Source of the DNA: Patescibacteria group bacterium
GTDB taxonomy: Bacteria; Patescibacteriota; Saccharimonadia; UBA4664; SCTI01
NCBI GenBank assembly: GCA_004297735.1
Contig: SCTI01000001.1
Span: 190,435 to 254,434, forward strand
Length of the DNA: 64,000 nucleotides
Direction: 5' to 3'
The first letter of the stretch is position 1. Every line of letters starts with the position of its first letter. A model generated the notes under the pieces. The model saw nothing but the letters and a program-made list of their open reading frames with translations. It ran no database searches and had not been told where the DNA came from. Below, piece after piece: positions 40,494-50,323 of this stretch. The position numbers were made by a program, and so were the translations under genes.

Positions 40494-41915
40494 ATGAAGC
40501 AACCCATCCGCGTCCGTTTTGCCCCTAGCCCAACCGGATACCTACACATTGGCAACCTGCGCAGCGCTCTATTTAGTTATTTGTATGCCCGCCATACTAA
40601 TGGCAAATTTATTTTGCGGATTGAAGATACCGACCGCGAGCGTTTGGTCCCCGAGGCGCTTGACTACATATATGAAACGTTTGAGTGGATGGGCCTTGAA
40701 ACCGATGAAAGTCCCAAAAATCCCAACTCAAAATATGCGCCCTATATTCAGTCGGAGCGCCTGCAGCAGTTCCAGGATTTTGCCAATCAGCTGGTTGAGG
40801 AGGGTAAGGCTTACCGTGACTACACCTCGGCCGAACAACTAGAAAAGCTACGCCAAGAGGCTCAGGCCGCCAAGCAGCCGTTCCGCTTTACTAAGGCGAT
40901 GGCCAAGCTCAACCCCGATAATCCCGATGACCCGTACGTGATTCGCTTTTTGGTCCAAGATGGCCCCAAAGTGACTTGGTCCGATGCGGTCTGGGGCGAT
41001 CAGAGTTGGGACCGTTCGGTTCTGGATGATTTTGTGGCCATTAAGTCCGATGGCTTCCCAACCTACAACTTTGCCGTGGTGGTTGATGATAACGCCATGG
41101 ATATTACCCACGTTTTTAGAGGTTCGGAGTTTATTTCGACCACACCTAAAAACCTACTGATATATGATGCCTTTGGGTGGAAGCCGCCGGTCTACGCTCA
41201 TCTGCCCCAAGTTTTAGGCCAGGACAAGGCAAAACTAAGTAAGCGTCATGGCGCTAAGTCGGCCCTGGAATATCGTGATGCCGGCTATCTGCCCGAAGCC
41301 ATATTTAACTACTTAGCCAGCCTCGGCTTTAACGACGGCACAACCAAGGAGTTTTACACCAAAGCAGAACTAATCAAGGTGTTTGCCACCAATCGAATCC
41401 AGTCCAGCCCGGCCGTTTTTGACCCAGAACGACTCGACTGGATGAATGGTCACTATGCCCGCCAGCTGTCGCTAGAAGAGCTTTACCGGCGCAGCGAGAA
41501 CTTTTGGCCCGAATCAGCCCAAGCAGCAGATGCAGCCTATAAAAAACAGGTGCTGGGGCTGGTCCAAGAGCGACTTAAGTTTTTGGCTGAATTGCCCGGA
41601 CTCACCGAATTCTTTTTTACGGAACCGGCCGTCGATAAGCGTTTAATTACCAAACAATTAGCGGACGATCAGGTTAAGGACTTGTTGCCAAAGATTATTA
41701 ACTTACTTGAAGCCAGCGATTTTAGCGAAGCAGATCTCGAAAAGAAGTTGCGCGGTTTGGTTGGAGGAGAGGGTCTTAAAACCGGTCATTTGTTTGGCTT
41801 GATTCGAGCCGCGGTAACCGGCCAATCGGCTTCACCCGGGCTGTTTGAAACTTTGCATGTTATCGGAAAAGAGCGCTCTCTTAAGCGATTAAACTATTTT
41901 CTTTCGCATTGTTAA
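40494..41915 (+). CDS. gltX: Glutamate--tRNA ligase
   Basis: RFAPSPTG, HIGN, LRIEDTD, KLSKR. Confidence 0.97.
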   Translation: MKQPIRVRFAPSPTGYLHIGNLRSALFSYLYARHTNGKFILRIEDTDRERLVPEALDYIYETFEWMGLETDESPKNPNSKYAPYIQSERLQQFQDFANQLVEEGKAYRDYTSAEQLEKLRQEAQAAKQPFRFTKAMAKLNPDNPDDPYVIRFLVQDGPKVTWSDAVWGDQSWDRSVLDDFVAIKSDGFPTYNFAVVVDDNAMDITHVFRGSEFISTTPKNLLIYDAFGWKPPVYAHLPQVLGQDKAKLSKRHGAKSALEYRDAGYLPEAIFNYLASLGFNDGTTKEFYTKAELIKVFATNRIQSSPAVFDPERLDWMNGHYARQLSLEELYRRSENFWPESAQAADAAYKKQVLGLVQERLKFLAELPGLTEFFFTEPAVDKRLITKQLADDQVKDLLPKIINLLEASDFSEADLEKKLRGLVGGEGLKTGHLFGLIRAAVTGQSASPGLFETLHVIGKERSLKRLNYFLSHC

Positions 41916-41977
41916 TAATTATTTAATCTTGGTTTGCTAGGCTAAAATCAACCATAAAACATAAAGAGGGGAGAGGC

Positions 41978-42376
41978 GTGGCACAGACCGAAATTAGCAC
42001 ACAACATAAAATTTTAGAGGTAGTTGAAGCCATACAGCTCAGGCTCGGCTCGGTGGAAGGTAGACTTGATTCTATCGAAGGGCGCATGGGCTCAATCGAA
42101 GGTCGCATGGAGACCTTCGCCACCAAAGATGATCTGAGGGATGAAATTAAGCAGGTTGAGGCTTACGTCGACCATGTGGCTGACAAAATTTTTCAACGAC
42201 TGGATATTACCGAGCTCAACATCCGTACAGATATGAGCGCCATGATAACGAAAGCTGTCGGCGAGGTACGCATCAATACCAATTATGAACTTGGGCGCCT
42301 CGAGTCGTTGATCATGAGTGTGCGAGACGAGCTCAAGGCCGACATTGCTGCGACCCGGCCGCTTACCCAAGCGTAA
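41978..42376 (+). CDS. Heptad-repeat coiled-coil protein
   Basis: RLGSVEG-RLDSIEG-RMGSIEG repeats; ATKDDL. Confidence 0.7.
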   Translation: MAQTEISTQHKILEVVEAIQLRLGSVEGRLDSIEGRMGSIEGRMETFATKDDLRDEIKQVEAYVDHVADKIFQRLDITELNIRTDMSAMITKAVGEVRINTNYELGRLESLIMSVRDELKADIAATRPLTQA

Positions 42377-42397
42377 GCTTTTTGCTACAATGAGGGT

Positions 42398-43597
42398 ATG
42401 AGTAAAGCTCCTCAACCAGCTAAAAAAACTCCTCCTGAATCCGATATCGACTCAGTTATTGATGAGTCATCGATTCAAGTTGACGATGGCACCCCGGTGG
42501 TTGATGACCTAAAGATGCCGGAAGAGGCCCACCCAAGCCGCTGGACCCGTTTTAAGCGCTTTATATCGACCCACCGAACCCGAACAATCTTAATTGTGGG
42601 CCTACTTTTAATACTGCCAACCGCGGCTTGGGCTTACTACGTAGTAACTCACCCCACGCCAATAAAAGAGGCCCAGCTACTGCCACGGCCAGAGAAACCA
42701 AAAACTAAGGCCTCGCCGCTTACCGGTGTACAGATTGCCCCCGAGCTGGCCGACCGACCGATTCTGGGTGTAGTGATAGAGAATCACCCAGATGCCAGAC
42801 CGCAGTCAGGCTTGAGCCAGGCTGGCGTGGTTTACGAAGCCTTAGCCGAAGGTGGCATCACTCGATTCTTAGCTTTCTTTTTAGACGAGCGCCCTGCCAA
42901 TATTGGCCCAGTGCGGTCGCTTCGAACCTACTTTGTTGACTGGGGGCTGGAGTTTAACTCACCGGTAGCCCATGTTGGCGGCAATGCCGCAGCGCTTGAC
43001 CTAGTTGGCCCAACCGGCCTTAAAGACATAAACCAGTTTTACAACGGTAACAGCTTCTTCCGTACTAGCGACCGTATCGCGCCACACAACGCTTACACCA
43101 ACAGCAACTTGATGGATGCACTGCTAAAAAAGAATGGCTGGGACAAGCCGGCCGAGTTTAAGGTATCGCCACGCCAAAACGATGCTCCTGCCAAGAGCCC
43201 TTTACACCCAATCATCGGCATCAATTACTCCTATGCCGACTTCCAGGTTGAATATCGCTACGATGCCGCCTGTAACTGCTACAATCGCTTTTTAGCGGGT
43301 AAGCCTCACGTTGACCGTAATACCGGCCAGCAGATAAAGGTTAAAAATGTGGTGGTTGAATATATGCCTACCAGCTACGGCAAGTCAAGGATTGGCGAGC
43401 AGATGACGATCATGGCCACCCCAGGTAGTGGACGGGCAGTTGTGTTCCGTGATGGAGAGGCGATAGAAGGTAACTGGAGCAAGTCTCAGCACCAGGATCG
43501 AACCAAACTTACCGATGCGGCTGGCAAGGAGATCCCTCTCAACCGCGGGAATACCTGGTATCCAATCGTACCGACCGACAAGACGGTAAGTTACTAA
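42398..43597 (+). CDS. DUF3048 family protein
   Basis: IENHPDARPQSGL..A.VVYE..AEGGITR; GPVRS.R; APHN. Confidence 0.9.
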   Translation: MSKAPQPAKKTPPESDIDSVIDESSIQVDDGTPVVDDLKMPEEAHPSRWTRFKRFISTHRTRTILIVGLLLILPTAAWAYYVVTHPTPIKEAQLLPRPEKPKTKASPLTGVQIAPELADRPILGVVIENHPDARPQSGLSQAGVVYEALAEGGITRFLAFFLDERPANIGPVRSLRTYFVDWGLEFNSPVAHVGGNAAALDLVGPTGLKDINQFYNGNSFFRTSDRIAPHNAYTNSNLMDALLKKNGWDKPAEFKVSPRQNDAPAKSPLHPIIGINYSYADFQVEYRYDAACNCYNRFLAGKPHVDRNTGQQIKVKNVVVEYMPTSYGKSRIGEQMTIMATPGSGRAVVFRDGEAIEGNWSKSQHQDRTKLTDAAGKEIPLNRGNTWYPIVPTDKTVSY

Positions 43598-43606
43598 GAT
43601 AATGCC

Positions 43607-43631
43607 GAGGTCACCGGTACCTGGTGACCTC
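43607..43631. terminator. Hairpin between convergent genes
   Basis: gaggtcacc-7 nt-ggtgacctc. Confidence 0.55.
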
Positions 43632-43663
43632 ACGTTGCTAAAAACCTAAAGCGTTAGCTAAAA

Positions 43664-44284
43664 CTAGCGACAGGTGTTTGGCCACGGGCTACAACCACGA
43701 CGGGCGTACAGCATCTGTGCGCGCATGTCCTGTTCGGCCGGCGAGGCGTTTGAAGGCAGGCCGCTGCCGCCAACGCTCTGCCAGGTGCCCTGGCTAAACT
43801 GATAGGCGCCATAGTAACCGTTGCCGGTGTTGGTGGCGTAGTTACCACCTGACTCTCTTGCCCGTATCCGAGCAAACAGATCACCGCTGGCGGCTGAACT
43901 GACGGCTGGAGCGGCTGGAGCAACCTTGCGGGTCTGAACCGGCTTAGCCGCCGCTACCGGCTGCTGTGCTACCTGAGGAGCCGGAGCCGCTACTGGGGCG
44001 CCATAGCCCGCGGGCAGCGCTCGCTCAGGAACCGGAGTGGTTGGCACGGTTATTTCTTGCCCAACATTGAGTTGGTCGGGGTTTTGGAGCTGCAAGTTTG
44101 CATCCCAGAGTACCTTCCACGAAGGCAATGTGTTTGCGGTCGCGATGGACGAAAGTGATTCGCCCGCCACGACTACGTGTTTCTTAGGTTGGTCTTCGGC
44201 TTTACCCTCGGCGGCATGTGCACTCCCGCTGGCAATAACCGTTCCCGCCGCTATTGCTAGCAGCATGATCGCTATTTTACGCAT
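43664..44284 (-). CDS. LysM plus Rpf-like transglycosylase
   Basis: Signal peptide, LysM domain, ESGGNY..NTGNGYYGAYQF, PWP.TC. Confidence 0.9.
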   Translation of the reverse strand: MRKIAIMLLAIAAGTVIASGSAHAAEGKAEDQPKKHVVVAGESLSSIATANTLPSWKVLWDANLQLQNPDQLNVGQEITVPTTPVPERALPAGYGAPVAAPAPQVAQQPVAAAKPVQTRKVAPAAPAVSSAASGDLFARIRARESGGNYATNTGNGYYGAYQFSQGTWQSVGGSGLPSNASPAEQDMRAQMLYARRGCSPWPNTCR

Positions 44285-44487
44285 GTTTCTCCTTTGCTTT
44301 GCTTAACAACGCATCGCTATGCCGGCCGTTTGGTACCAGTAAACCCACCTCACAGTGACGCGAGACTGTAAATTACCAAAGCTGTAAAAATCGGTCAATA
44401 GTTCAAAGTTACAAAAATATGACACAATTGACAGCCTTAGCTACCCACCAACAGGAGCCGAATCAAACTTGCTATAATGGATTCTAT

Positions 44488-45414
44488 ATGTGGAAAACTT
44501 TTCGGCGTAAGCGCATTAACTTGGTGCTTGAGAGTGGCGGGGTGAAGGTCATTGGGGAGCTTGGTGCTATTCAGGTTTTACAAGACAGCGGTTACCGTTT
44601 TAAAAGGATTTCCGGTACCTCGGGTGGCGCCATTATCGGCGCCCTACTAGCAGCCGGCATGACACCGGAGCGAGCGATACAAAGACTTAAAGAGCTCGAC
44701 ATTACCGAGTTTGCGCAAACCATTGCGGCTGAAAATGCTCGTTCTTGGATTAATGCTGGCTTAGTCGTGATTCGTCAGCGCTGGGTTGACGACGGCAGTC
44801 GGCTGGAGGCATGGCTACAAGAGGAACTTGGCCAGCTTGGCGTACACAGCTTTGCCGATCTTAAGATTCCACGATGGAGAAGCCGACACATTGCGCCGCA
44901 CAAGCGCTACCAGCTAGTGGTTAACACCACCGATCTAAAAAGCGGCGAGACCATTCGCTTACCGTGGGATTACCACAAGCTGGGCCTCAACCCCGACACC
45001 CAATCGGTTGCCCGGGCCGTCCGAGCCTCGGCTTCTATTCCGTTTTTATATCAGCCGGTTCAACTTGGCGATCGACAACTTATTGACGGGGCGATTACCT
45101 CCCCATACCCGATTGAGCTGTTTGATGACGACACCAGCCGCAACACTTTGGGTGTGGTGGTGACCGGCATCAAAAAGGCCGACAAGGTCAGGGGCAGCAG
45201 TGAACACCCCATCAACTTGGCTCGAGCTTTACTGCGAATTCAGCGAGAGCGGATTGAGCGGGTAAGTGAAAATGATCAGGCGAACCTGAGTCGAACCATT
45301 CAGATTGATACGCGCTCAATATCCGACCTACACTTTGCAATTAACCGCGATGAGCAGGTTGAGCTGATATATCAAGGGCGCAAAGCCGCCGAACAGTACG
45401 TGAGGTCGCATTAG
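44488..45414 (+). CDS. Patatin-like phospholipase
   Basis: SGGVK, GTSGG, DGA. Confidence 0.88.
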   Translation: MWKTFRRKRINLVLESGGVKVIGELGAIQVLQDSGYRFKRISGTSGGAIIGALLAAGMTPERAIQRLKELDITEFAQTIAAENARSWINAGLVVIRQRWVDDGSRLEAWLQEELGQLGVHSFADLKIPRWRSRHIAPHKRYQLVVNTTDLKSGETIRLPWDYHKLGLNPDTQSVARAVRASASIPFLYQPVQLGDRQLIDGAITSPYPIELFDDDTSRNTLGVVVTGIKKADKVRGSSEHPINLARALLRIQRERIERVSENDQANLSRTIQIDTRSISDLHFAINRDEQVELIYQGRKAAEQYVRSH

Positions 45415-45416
45415 CC

Positions 45417-46490
45417 ATGGCTCAACTTGATCCCGCCATCATTCCTAGCGGACATGAAGCCTACACTCGAATGCTTAGCGACATCACCGCGGCTAAGCGC
45501 GAGGTTGTCTACGCCAACTTTTGCTTCTTGCCCGGCAAATCATTTAACCGGCTAGCTGATGCTTTAACCACGGCGGCTAAGCGAGGAGTCGAGGTGTACA
45601 TTGTTGCTGACTGGTATGGCTCATCGGCACTAGGAGAGAAGCGGGTGGCCAAGTTGAGAGCCGCCGGAGTTCAGTGGACCTGGTTTAGGCCAAAGCGCTG
45701 GCGCACCATTGCTAGCTACAACCGACGAATGCATAAAAAGCTGCTTATTGTTGACCGGCGGGTGGCCTACACCGGCGGGGTGGGGTGGGCCGATTTTTGG
45801 GAAAGACCAACCGTCGAATACCCAGCCGCCTGGCGCGACACCCACTTTCGCATCACCGATAGCGGCACAATTACCGCCATGTACAACAGCGCCATAGACA
45901 GCTGGAACAAGTTTAGCGGCCACAAACTGACTCCACTTAAAACCGCCCTAACCGGCGCCAAGATACTAAACAGCGTGCCCCCACGGCTTCACCGTTTGTC
46001 GCCGGCAGGTCGCCAGTTTGCAGACTCGCTCGACCTGGCTCGCACCGCAGTTAAAATTACTACCGCTTACTTTGGGCCAAGCCGCTCACTGCGCCAAGCC
46101 CTCATTCGCACCGCCAAGCGTGGCGTTAAGGTTGAGCTACTTTTAAACGGTCCTCATGCCTCGCACGAGATAGCCGCTCAGGCTGGGCGGGCCTACTACG
46201 ACCAGCTTCTAAAAGCCGGCGTTCAAATTTACGAATATCAGCCCACCAAACTGCACGCCAAGCTTATGACGATTGACGGTCGCCAAGCAATCATTGGTTC
46301 GGCTAACTGGAACTTTCGATCGCTGCACCACGATCAAGAGTGCAATTTAACGGTAGCCAGCGCCGACTTTTGCCGCCAACTTGATCGCCAGTTCGAAGCC
46401 GACAAGCGCCAATCAGCCCGAATCACCGAGGTTGATCCAAGCCAAATATGGAAACAGCGATTAAGCTCACTGGGGCGCTACTTCTTCTAG
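45417..46490 (+). CDS. Phospholipase D/cardiolipin synthase family protein
   Basis: Two HKD motifs (HKKLLIVD, HAKLMTID). Confidence 0.9.
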   Translation: MAQLDPAIIPSGHEAYTRMLSDITAAKREVVYANFCFLPGKSFNRLADALTTAAKRGVEVYIVADWYGSSALGEKRVAKLRAAGVQWTWFRPKRWRTIASYNRRMHKKLLIVDRRVAYTGGVGWADFWERPTVEYPAAWRDTHFRITDSGTITAMYNSAIDSWNKFSGHKLTPLKTALTGAKILNSVPPRLHRLSPAGRQFADSLDLARTAVKITTAYFGPSRSLRQALIRTAKRGVKVELLLNGPHASHEIAAQAGRAYYDQLLKAGVQIYEYQPTKLHAKLMTIDGRQAIIGSANWNFRSLHHDQECNLTVASADFCRQLDRQFEADKRQSARITEVDPSQIWKQRLSSLGRYFF

Positions 46491-46555
46491 ACAAAGCATT
46501 AGCATTTTAAAACAAACTATGTTACAGTAATTCACGTATTAACTCTGCATGGCAG

Positions 46556-47128
46556 ATGCATATAAAAATCCCCAAACATCACCGAACCAAAAAAGCCAAA
46601 ATCGCCTTTTTAAAGCGCTCGGCGGCGGCTAAAAGCCACCATCACCGCAAGCGCCACAAAAAGCTCGCTTTGCAGCACGCCTTTGTGCTGGGTCTGCTTG
46701 GCCTGGTGACCCTAGCCACCACCGGCGTGGTAGCGGCCATGGCCGACAACTTGATCCCGCCCCCCAGCAAGCCAATCGACATGACTCCATATATCGAGGC
46801 CGCCAAAGCCGAACGCGAGGCTCAAAAGGCTCGCAATGCCGCAGTTATTGAGTCGGCACCCGACCAATCCGGTATCGCGTCTTGGTACGCGCTTGGCTTG
46901 CGCGCTCCCGATGCCCTAACCTGCGCTAGCACCAAGTTCCCACGTGGGACTTACCTTAAGGTCAAAAATCTCCGCAATGGAGCCCAGGTAACCTGCTTGG
47001 TCAACGACTACGGCCCACAGCCCGGTACCAAGCGAGTGATCGACCTGTCGCGAGGCAGCTTTACCAAGATTGGCAGCCTTGGTAGCGGTACGCTCCCGGT
47101 AGAGATTCGAGTTGTCCCAGGGCCGTAA
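46556..47128 (+). CDS. RlpA-like DPBB lytic transglycosylase
   Basis: GIASWY, VNDYGP, RVIDLS. Confidence 0.85.
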   Translation: MHIKIPKHHRTKKAKIAFLKRSAAAKSHHHRKRHKKLALQHAFVLGLLGLVTLATTGVVAAMADNLIPPPSKPIDMTPYIEAAKAEREAQKARNAAVIESAPDQSGIASWYALGLRAPDALTCASTKFPRGTYLKVKNLRNGAQVTCLVNDYGPQPGTKRVIDLSRGSFTKIGSLGSGTLPVEIRVVPGP

Positions 47129-48581
47129 ACCCTCCTTTAAATGGTGCCCTAGTCGCAAACTGGCAGTCGCCGGTTTAGCCGCTATAATTATTTTCTTTAT
47201 ATTTAACGTTTATTTAATGTTCACCAATCCTTACGGATGGGGGAGCATAGTACAGCAGCCCTACACCACCAAGGTTGAAAATGGGCAGATAACCTTTCAT
47301 CAAAACTTTACTATAAAAGTTTACGGCGGTCCCGTTGCCGATCTGCTTGGTTACTACAAATCTGGCTTACTTATCGTTCAAAACAGCCTGTTTGGCAGCC
47401 AGCCGGTTCCGGGTAGCTCGGCGGAGGAGATTACCAGCAGCATCCACTGGCTCCGCTTTGACCCAAGCAAGCCCTATCTGATCTCCGGTGACCAGTTCAG
47501 CGTCCTGTATGTCCGTAACCTCGGCGTGTTTTACAATCAACTACTTAACCCCAACATTGCGCTTAGTCAAGACGACTGGCAAAACAAGCAGCGCGTCTAC
47601 CTCCAGTCGGTCCTGTATGGTATTGATGGCTTGAGCGCGGCGCGCACGCCCAAAACCACCGTGGTACCGATTGGGCCCAGATCGGCGGCCCTAACCCAAG
47701 TGCACCCTGGCAGTTACGGCTCCGATAGCGTCTACGGCCTGCTTTACGGCCTAGACCAGCTCCAAAATGAAAAAACTAGCGCAGACGGGAAATATCACCA
47801 ACAGACTCGAGGCGCCGCCGAGCAAATCATACGAGAACGCCAGCCGCAGCTTCAACAAATAGTTAACGACTACTTAAATACGGTGCAAGATCCGCAAACC
47901 GGACTGGTAAAAAACAATCTGAAGCTGGCTAGCGCTCGCGACGGAGTAACCCGTAGCAGCAGCTTTTATGACAATGTGGTGATGTGGAAGACACTTGAAC
48001 TAGCCAATAAACTTGATATTCGTACCACTAATACTCAAGAGCTCACCAGCCTGCATCAACGCATTCTGAACACGTATTGGAGCCAGCAAACCGGCTGTTT
48101 TATTGATTCAATCGACAACCGCTTGAGCTACAGCTCCGACTGGCTGATAGCGCTTCCAATCGAGTTTCTGCTGCCAACCCAGGATAAAGACAGGCTCCAA
48201 AGCTGCGTCAGCTACATTCGCAAACATAAACTGGCTGAACCCTTCCCAATAAAATACAACAACGAGAGCAAACCCGAAGGGCCTTGGGCGGTGCGTACCT
48301 TTGTGCCGAACTACGGCGGAAATGCTATCTGGAGCTATTGGGGCGCCGAGTACATCACCCTGCTGGCTAACCTCAATAAAACCACTAACGATCCAAGCTA
48401 TCGCCAGGAAGCTGAACGCCACATTAACACCTATCACCAAAAAATGGTTGAATACCACGGCTTCCCAGAAACTTTTGATGCAAACGGTAACTTTTTACAA
48501 AACGCGGTTTATAAAAGCATCCGTTCCACCGGCTGGGTGGTGCAGCTAGAGTACGCTGAGTGGCTGTTGAGCCAACCCTAA
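47112..48581 (+). CDS. Membrane-anchored putative (alpha/alpha)6 glycosidase-like protein
   Basis: N-terminal TM; aromatic helical repeats, 'IWSYWG', 'GFPETFD'; assignment tentative. Confidence 0.45.
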   Translation: MSQGRKPSFKWCPSRKLAVAGLAAIIIFFIFNVYLMFTNPYGWGSIVQQPYTTKVENGQITFHQNFTIKVYGGPVADLLGYYKSGLLIVQNSLFGSQPVPGSSAEEITSSIHWLRFDPSKPYLISGDQFSVLYVRNLGVFYNQLLNPNIALSQDDWQNKQRVYLQSVLYGIDGLSAARTPKTTVVPIGPRSAALTQVHPGSYGSDSVYGLLYGLDQLQNEKTSADGKYHQQTRGAAEQIIRERQPQLQQIVNDYLNTVQDPQTGLVKNNLKLASARDGVTRSSSFYDNVVMWKTLELANKLDIRTTNTQELTSLHQRILNTYWSQQTGCFIDSIDNRLSYSSDWLIALPIEFLLPTQDKDRLQSCVSYIRKHKLAEPFPIKYNNESKPEGPWAVRTFVPNYGGNAIWSYWGAEYITLLANLNKTTNDPSYRQEAERHINTYHQKMVEYHGFPETFDANGNFLQNAVYKSIRSTGWVVQLEYAEWLLSQP

Positions 48582-48589
48582 ACGTGCAG

Positions 48590-48628
48590 ACGCCCCGCTA
48601 GCTACATGCCGGCGGGGCGCTTTTATTC
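48590..48628. repeat. Repeat B copy 1 (39-bp hairpin)
   Basis: acgccccgctagctacatgccggcggggcgcttttattc, identical to 50766-50804. Confidence 0.9.
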
Positions 48629-48636
48629 GATCGTAT

Positions 48637-49206
48637 TCAGCTACTGATGACGTCTCCGTCCCCATCGAGGCCCATCTCGACGAGGATTTTGTCCAGGTCG
48701 CCCTCGATCAGCACCGACTCGCGATAGTACGCAAGGAGCTCGGCGCCGCACCGCTCGACCTCTTCCTTGAGAATGACGCCAATCGCCTGCGGGAGGTAGT
48801 CGTTCTTGGGATCCTTGAACAGCCGGAGCAGCTGATCTCGCTCGAGGGCGCCGATTTCGTGCTGCGGCTCGTCCTCCGTTCCGTGATCGAGCCAGGCCAG
48901 CCAGCGGGCCGGGTACTTTGAGGAATCGAGAACCAACAGGATCGAGCCTCTGGCGCTTTCCCCTGGCTGAAGCAACGGTACCCAGGATTGGGCACCACAG
49001 AGCGGAACCACCATCAAGTCTTGAAACCTCGGCTCCTTGATGAACGGCTCGCTGCACGAACCATCGGATTCATCGGTGTATGCCTTCAGCGGTTGCCCGC
49101 CGTGCTCCTTCAAAAATGGGAGCGCTCTCTCTACGACTCGCTCGAGAGCGATCAGATGGAGCTCGGCCTGCTGGTGGGTGTAAGGATCGGTCATGGTAAG
49201 CCTCAC
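48637..49206 (-). CDS. Orphan hypothetical protein (candidate RT partner)
   Basis: 189-aa ORF; own promoter TTGAAT-16-TATAAA at 49236-49263. Confidence 0.65.
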   Translation of the reverse strand: MRLTMTDPYTHQQAELHLIALERVVERALPFLKEHGGQPLKAYTDESDGSCSEPFIKEPRFQDLMVVPLCGAQSWVPLLQPGESARGSILLVLDSSKYPARWLAWLDHGTEDEPQHEIGALERDQLLRLFKDPKNDYLPQAIGVILKEEVERCGAELLAYYRESVLIEGDLDKILVEMGLDGDGDVISS

Positions 49207-49277
49207 TCAGTTGTACTGTCAAAAAGACTGTGTGATTTATACCATATATAAAAGCATATTCAAATAATGGCTGCTTC

Positions 49278-49306
49278 CCGGTTTTGGTCAGATCCGGAAA
49301 CTGATA
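49278..49306. repeat. Repeat A copy 1
   Basis: ccggttttggtcagatccggaaactgata abuts the RT stop codon. Confidence 0.9.
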
Positions 49307-50296
49307 CTACCCTCGGAAGAGGCGCTGTAGCCACTCCTCCATGGGGCTGAGCGGAACTTTGGGCCGAGTAATCGGCTTGACGTAGGTGTACTTCCGCCAA
49401 ACCAGCGCCGCCTGACGATCAAACGGAAAGCCGCCAAGGGCTAGGTGCTCACGCAGAGCGCCCATACGGCCCTCTACCACGCCGGGTTCAATTGCCTTGC
49501 CCACGCGATTACTCTTGCCGTTAACCAAGCAATACATGCTGCCCTCTAGGCCCTGCAGCCACTTGCGCGGCAGGTAGATGGCAAAGGCACGATTGATGTC
49601 ATCGCTAGCTTCACCGGCGCTTGGACCGGCACCCAACCTTAGACCGGTGATCATGACCGGGCGACGAGCCACGTCGTAGTAGCCAGTCTTCTTGTAGTTG
49701 AGTCGGAAGCCACTGCGCTTAATGACAGCTCGAATTGCCTCGCGCTTACGACGACCAATCGGCTCCCAGCTCGAAAACACCAGATCGTCGATATAGCGCG
49801 TATAGGTCAGGCTCCAGCGCTCGGCTAGCTCAATCAACGCCTCGTCAAGCTTACGAGCCGCAACCTGGTTGAACAGATCGGTGGCTGCCGGCGTACCGGT
49901 CATTAGCCCTCGGCCACGAGGAGTGGCCAGGTAGCGACGAACGAAATCCTCCATGCCTACCTGATCTACCCAAAGCTCTGACTTTACTTCAGCCAGAACC
50001 GGATACAGCCACTCGGGGCGAACCGACGGGTAGGCGTTGTACAGATCCAACTTGTAAACGTAGTGGTTACCCCAATGCTGCATAGCGCAACGAACGGCTG
50101 AGCCACCACGTACACCACCAAAGTTATGTGATGGGATGCCAAGCTGTAAGCGTGTTTCGCGGATAACCTGGGCATGCACCTCGCGCATGGCTGCATTGGG
50201 CACAAACACCTCGCGCCGTTTACCGCCATTGCGACCGTTGATGAATCGGCGCTCCGTTGCAGGAGGCGCCGTAATGCTACGGGTCTCCTTAGACAT
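49307..50296 (-). CDS. Retron-type reverse transcriptase (divergent)
   Basis: KRREVFVP, region X-like CAMQH, DLYNAYPSV, GLMTGTPAAT, YTRYIDDL, GFRLNYKKT, region Y-like ITG; GGAGG SD. Confidence 0.9.
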   Translation of the reverse strand: MSKETRSITAPPATERRFINGRNGGKRREVFVPNAAMREVHAQVIRETRLQLGIPSHNFGGVRGGSAVRCAMQHWGNHYVYKLDLYNAYPSVRPEWLYPVLAEVKSELWVDQVGMEDFVRRYLATPRGRGLMTGTPAATDLFNQVAARKLDEALIELAERWSLTYTRYIDDLVFSSWEPIGRRKREAIRAVIKRSGFRLNYKKTGYYDVARRPVMITGLRLGAGPSAGEASDDINRAFAIYLPRKWLQGLEGSMYCLVNGKSNRVGKAIEPGVVEGRMGALREHLALGGFPFDRQAALVWRKYTYVKPITRPKVPLSPMEEWLQRLFRG

Positions 50297-50323
50297 TGCG
50301 CCTCCAATTGTAAAAGTATTATC

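Noticed and set aside
44334-44346. 12-nt match gggtttactggt shared with 60252-60263
   Set aside because: A single short match with no shared structural context; likely chance.
44285-44400. c-di-AMP riboswitch upstream of the Rpf-like gene
   Set aside because: The leader is short with only small hairpins and lacks the conserved ydaO sequence blocks.
49307-50296. RT as a DGR or group II intron enzyme
   Set aside because: I found no TR/VR pair differing at adenines, no avd-like gene, no maturase or endonuclease domain and no intron domain V; the motifs fit retron-type RTs.
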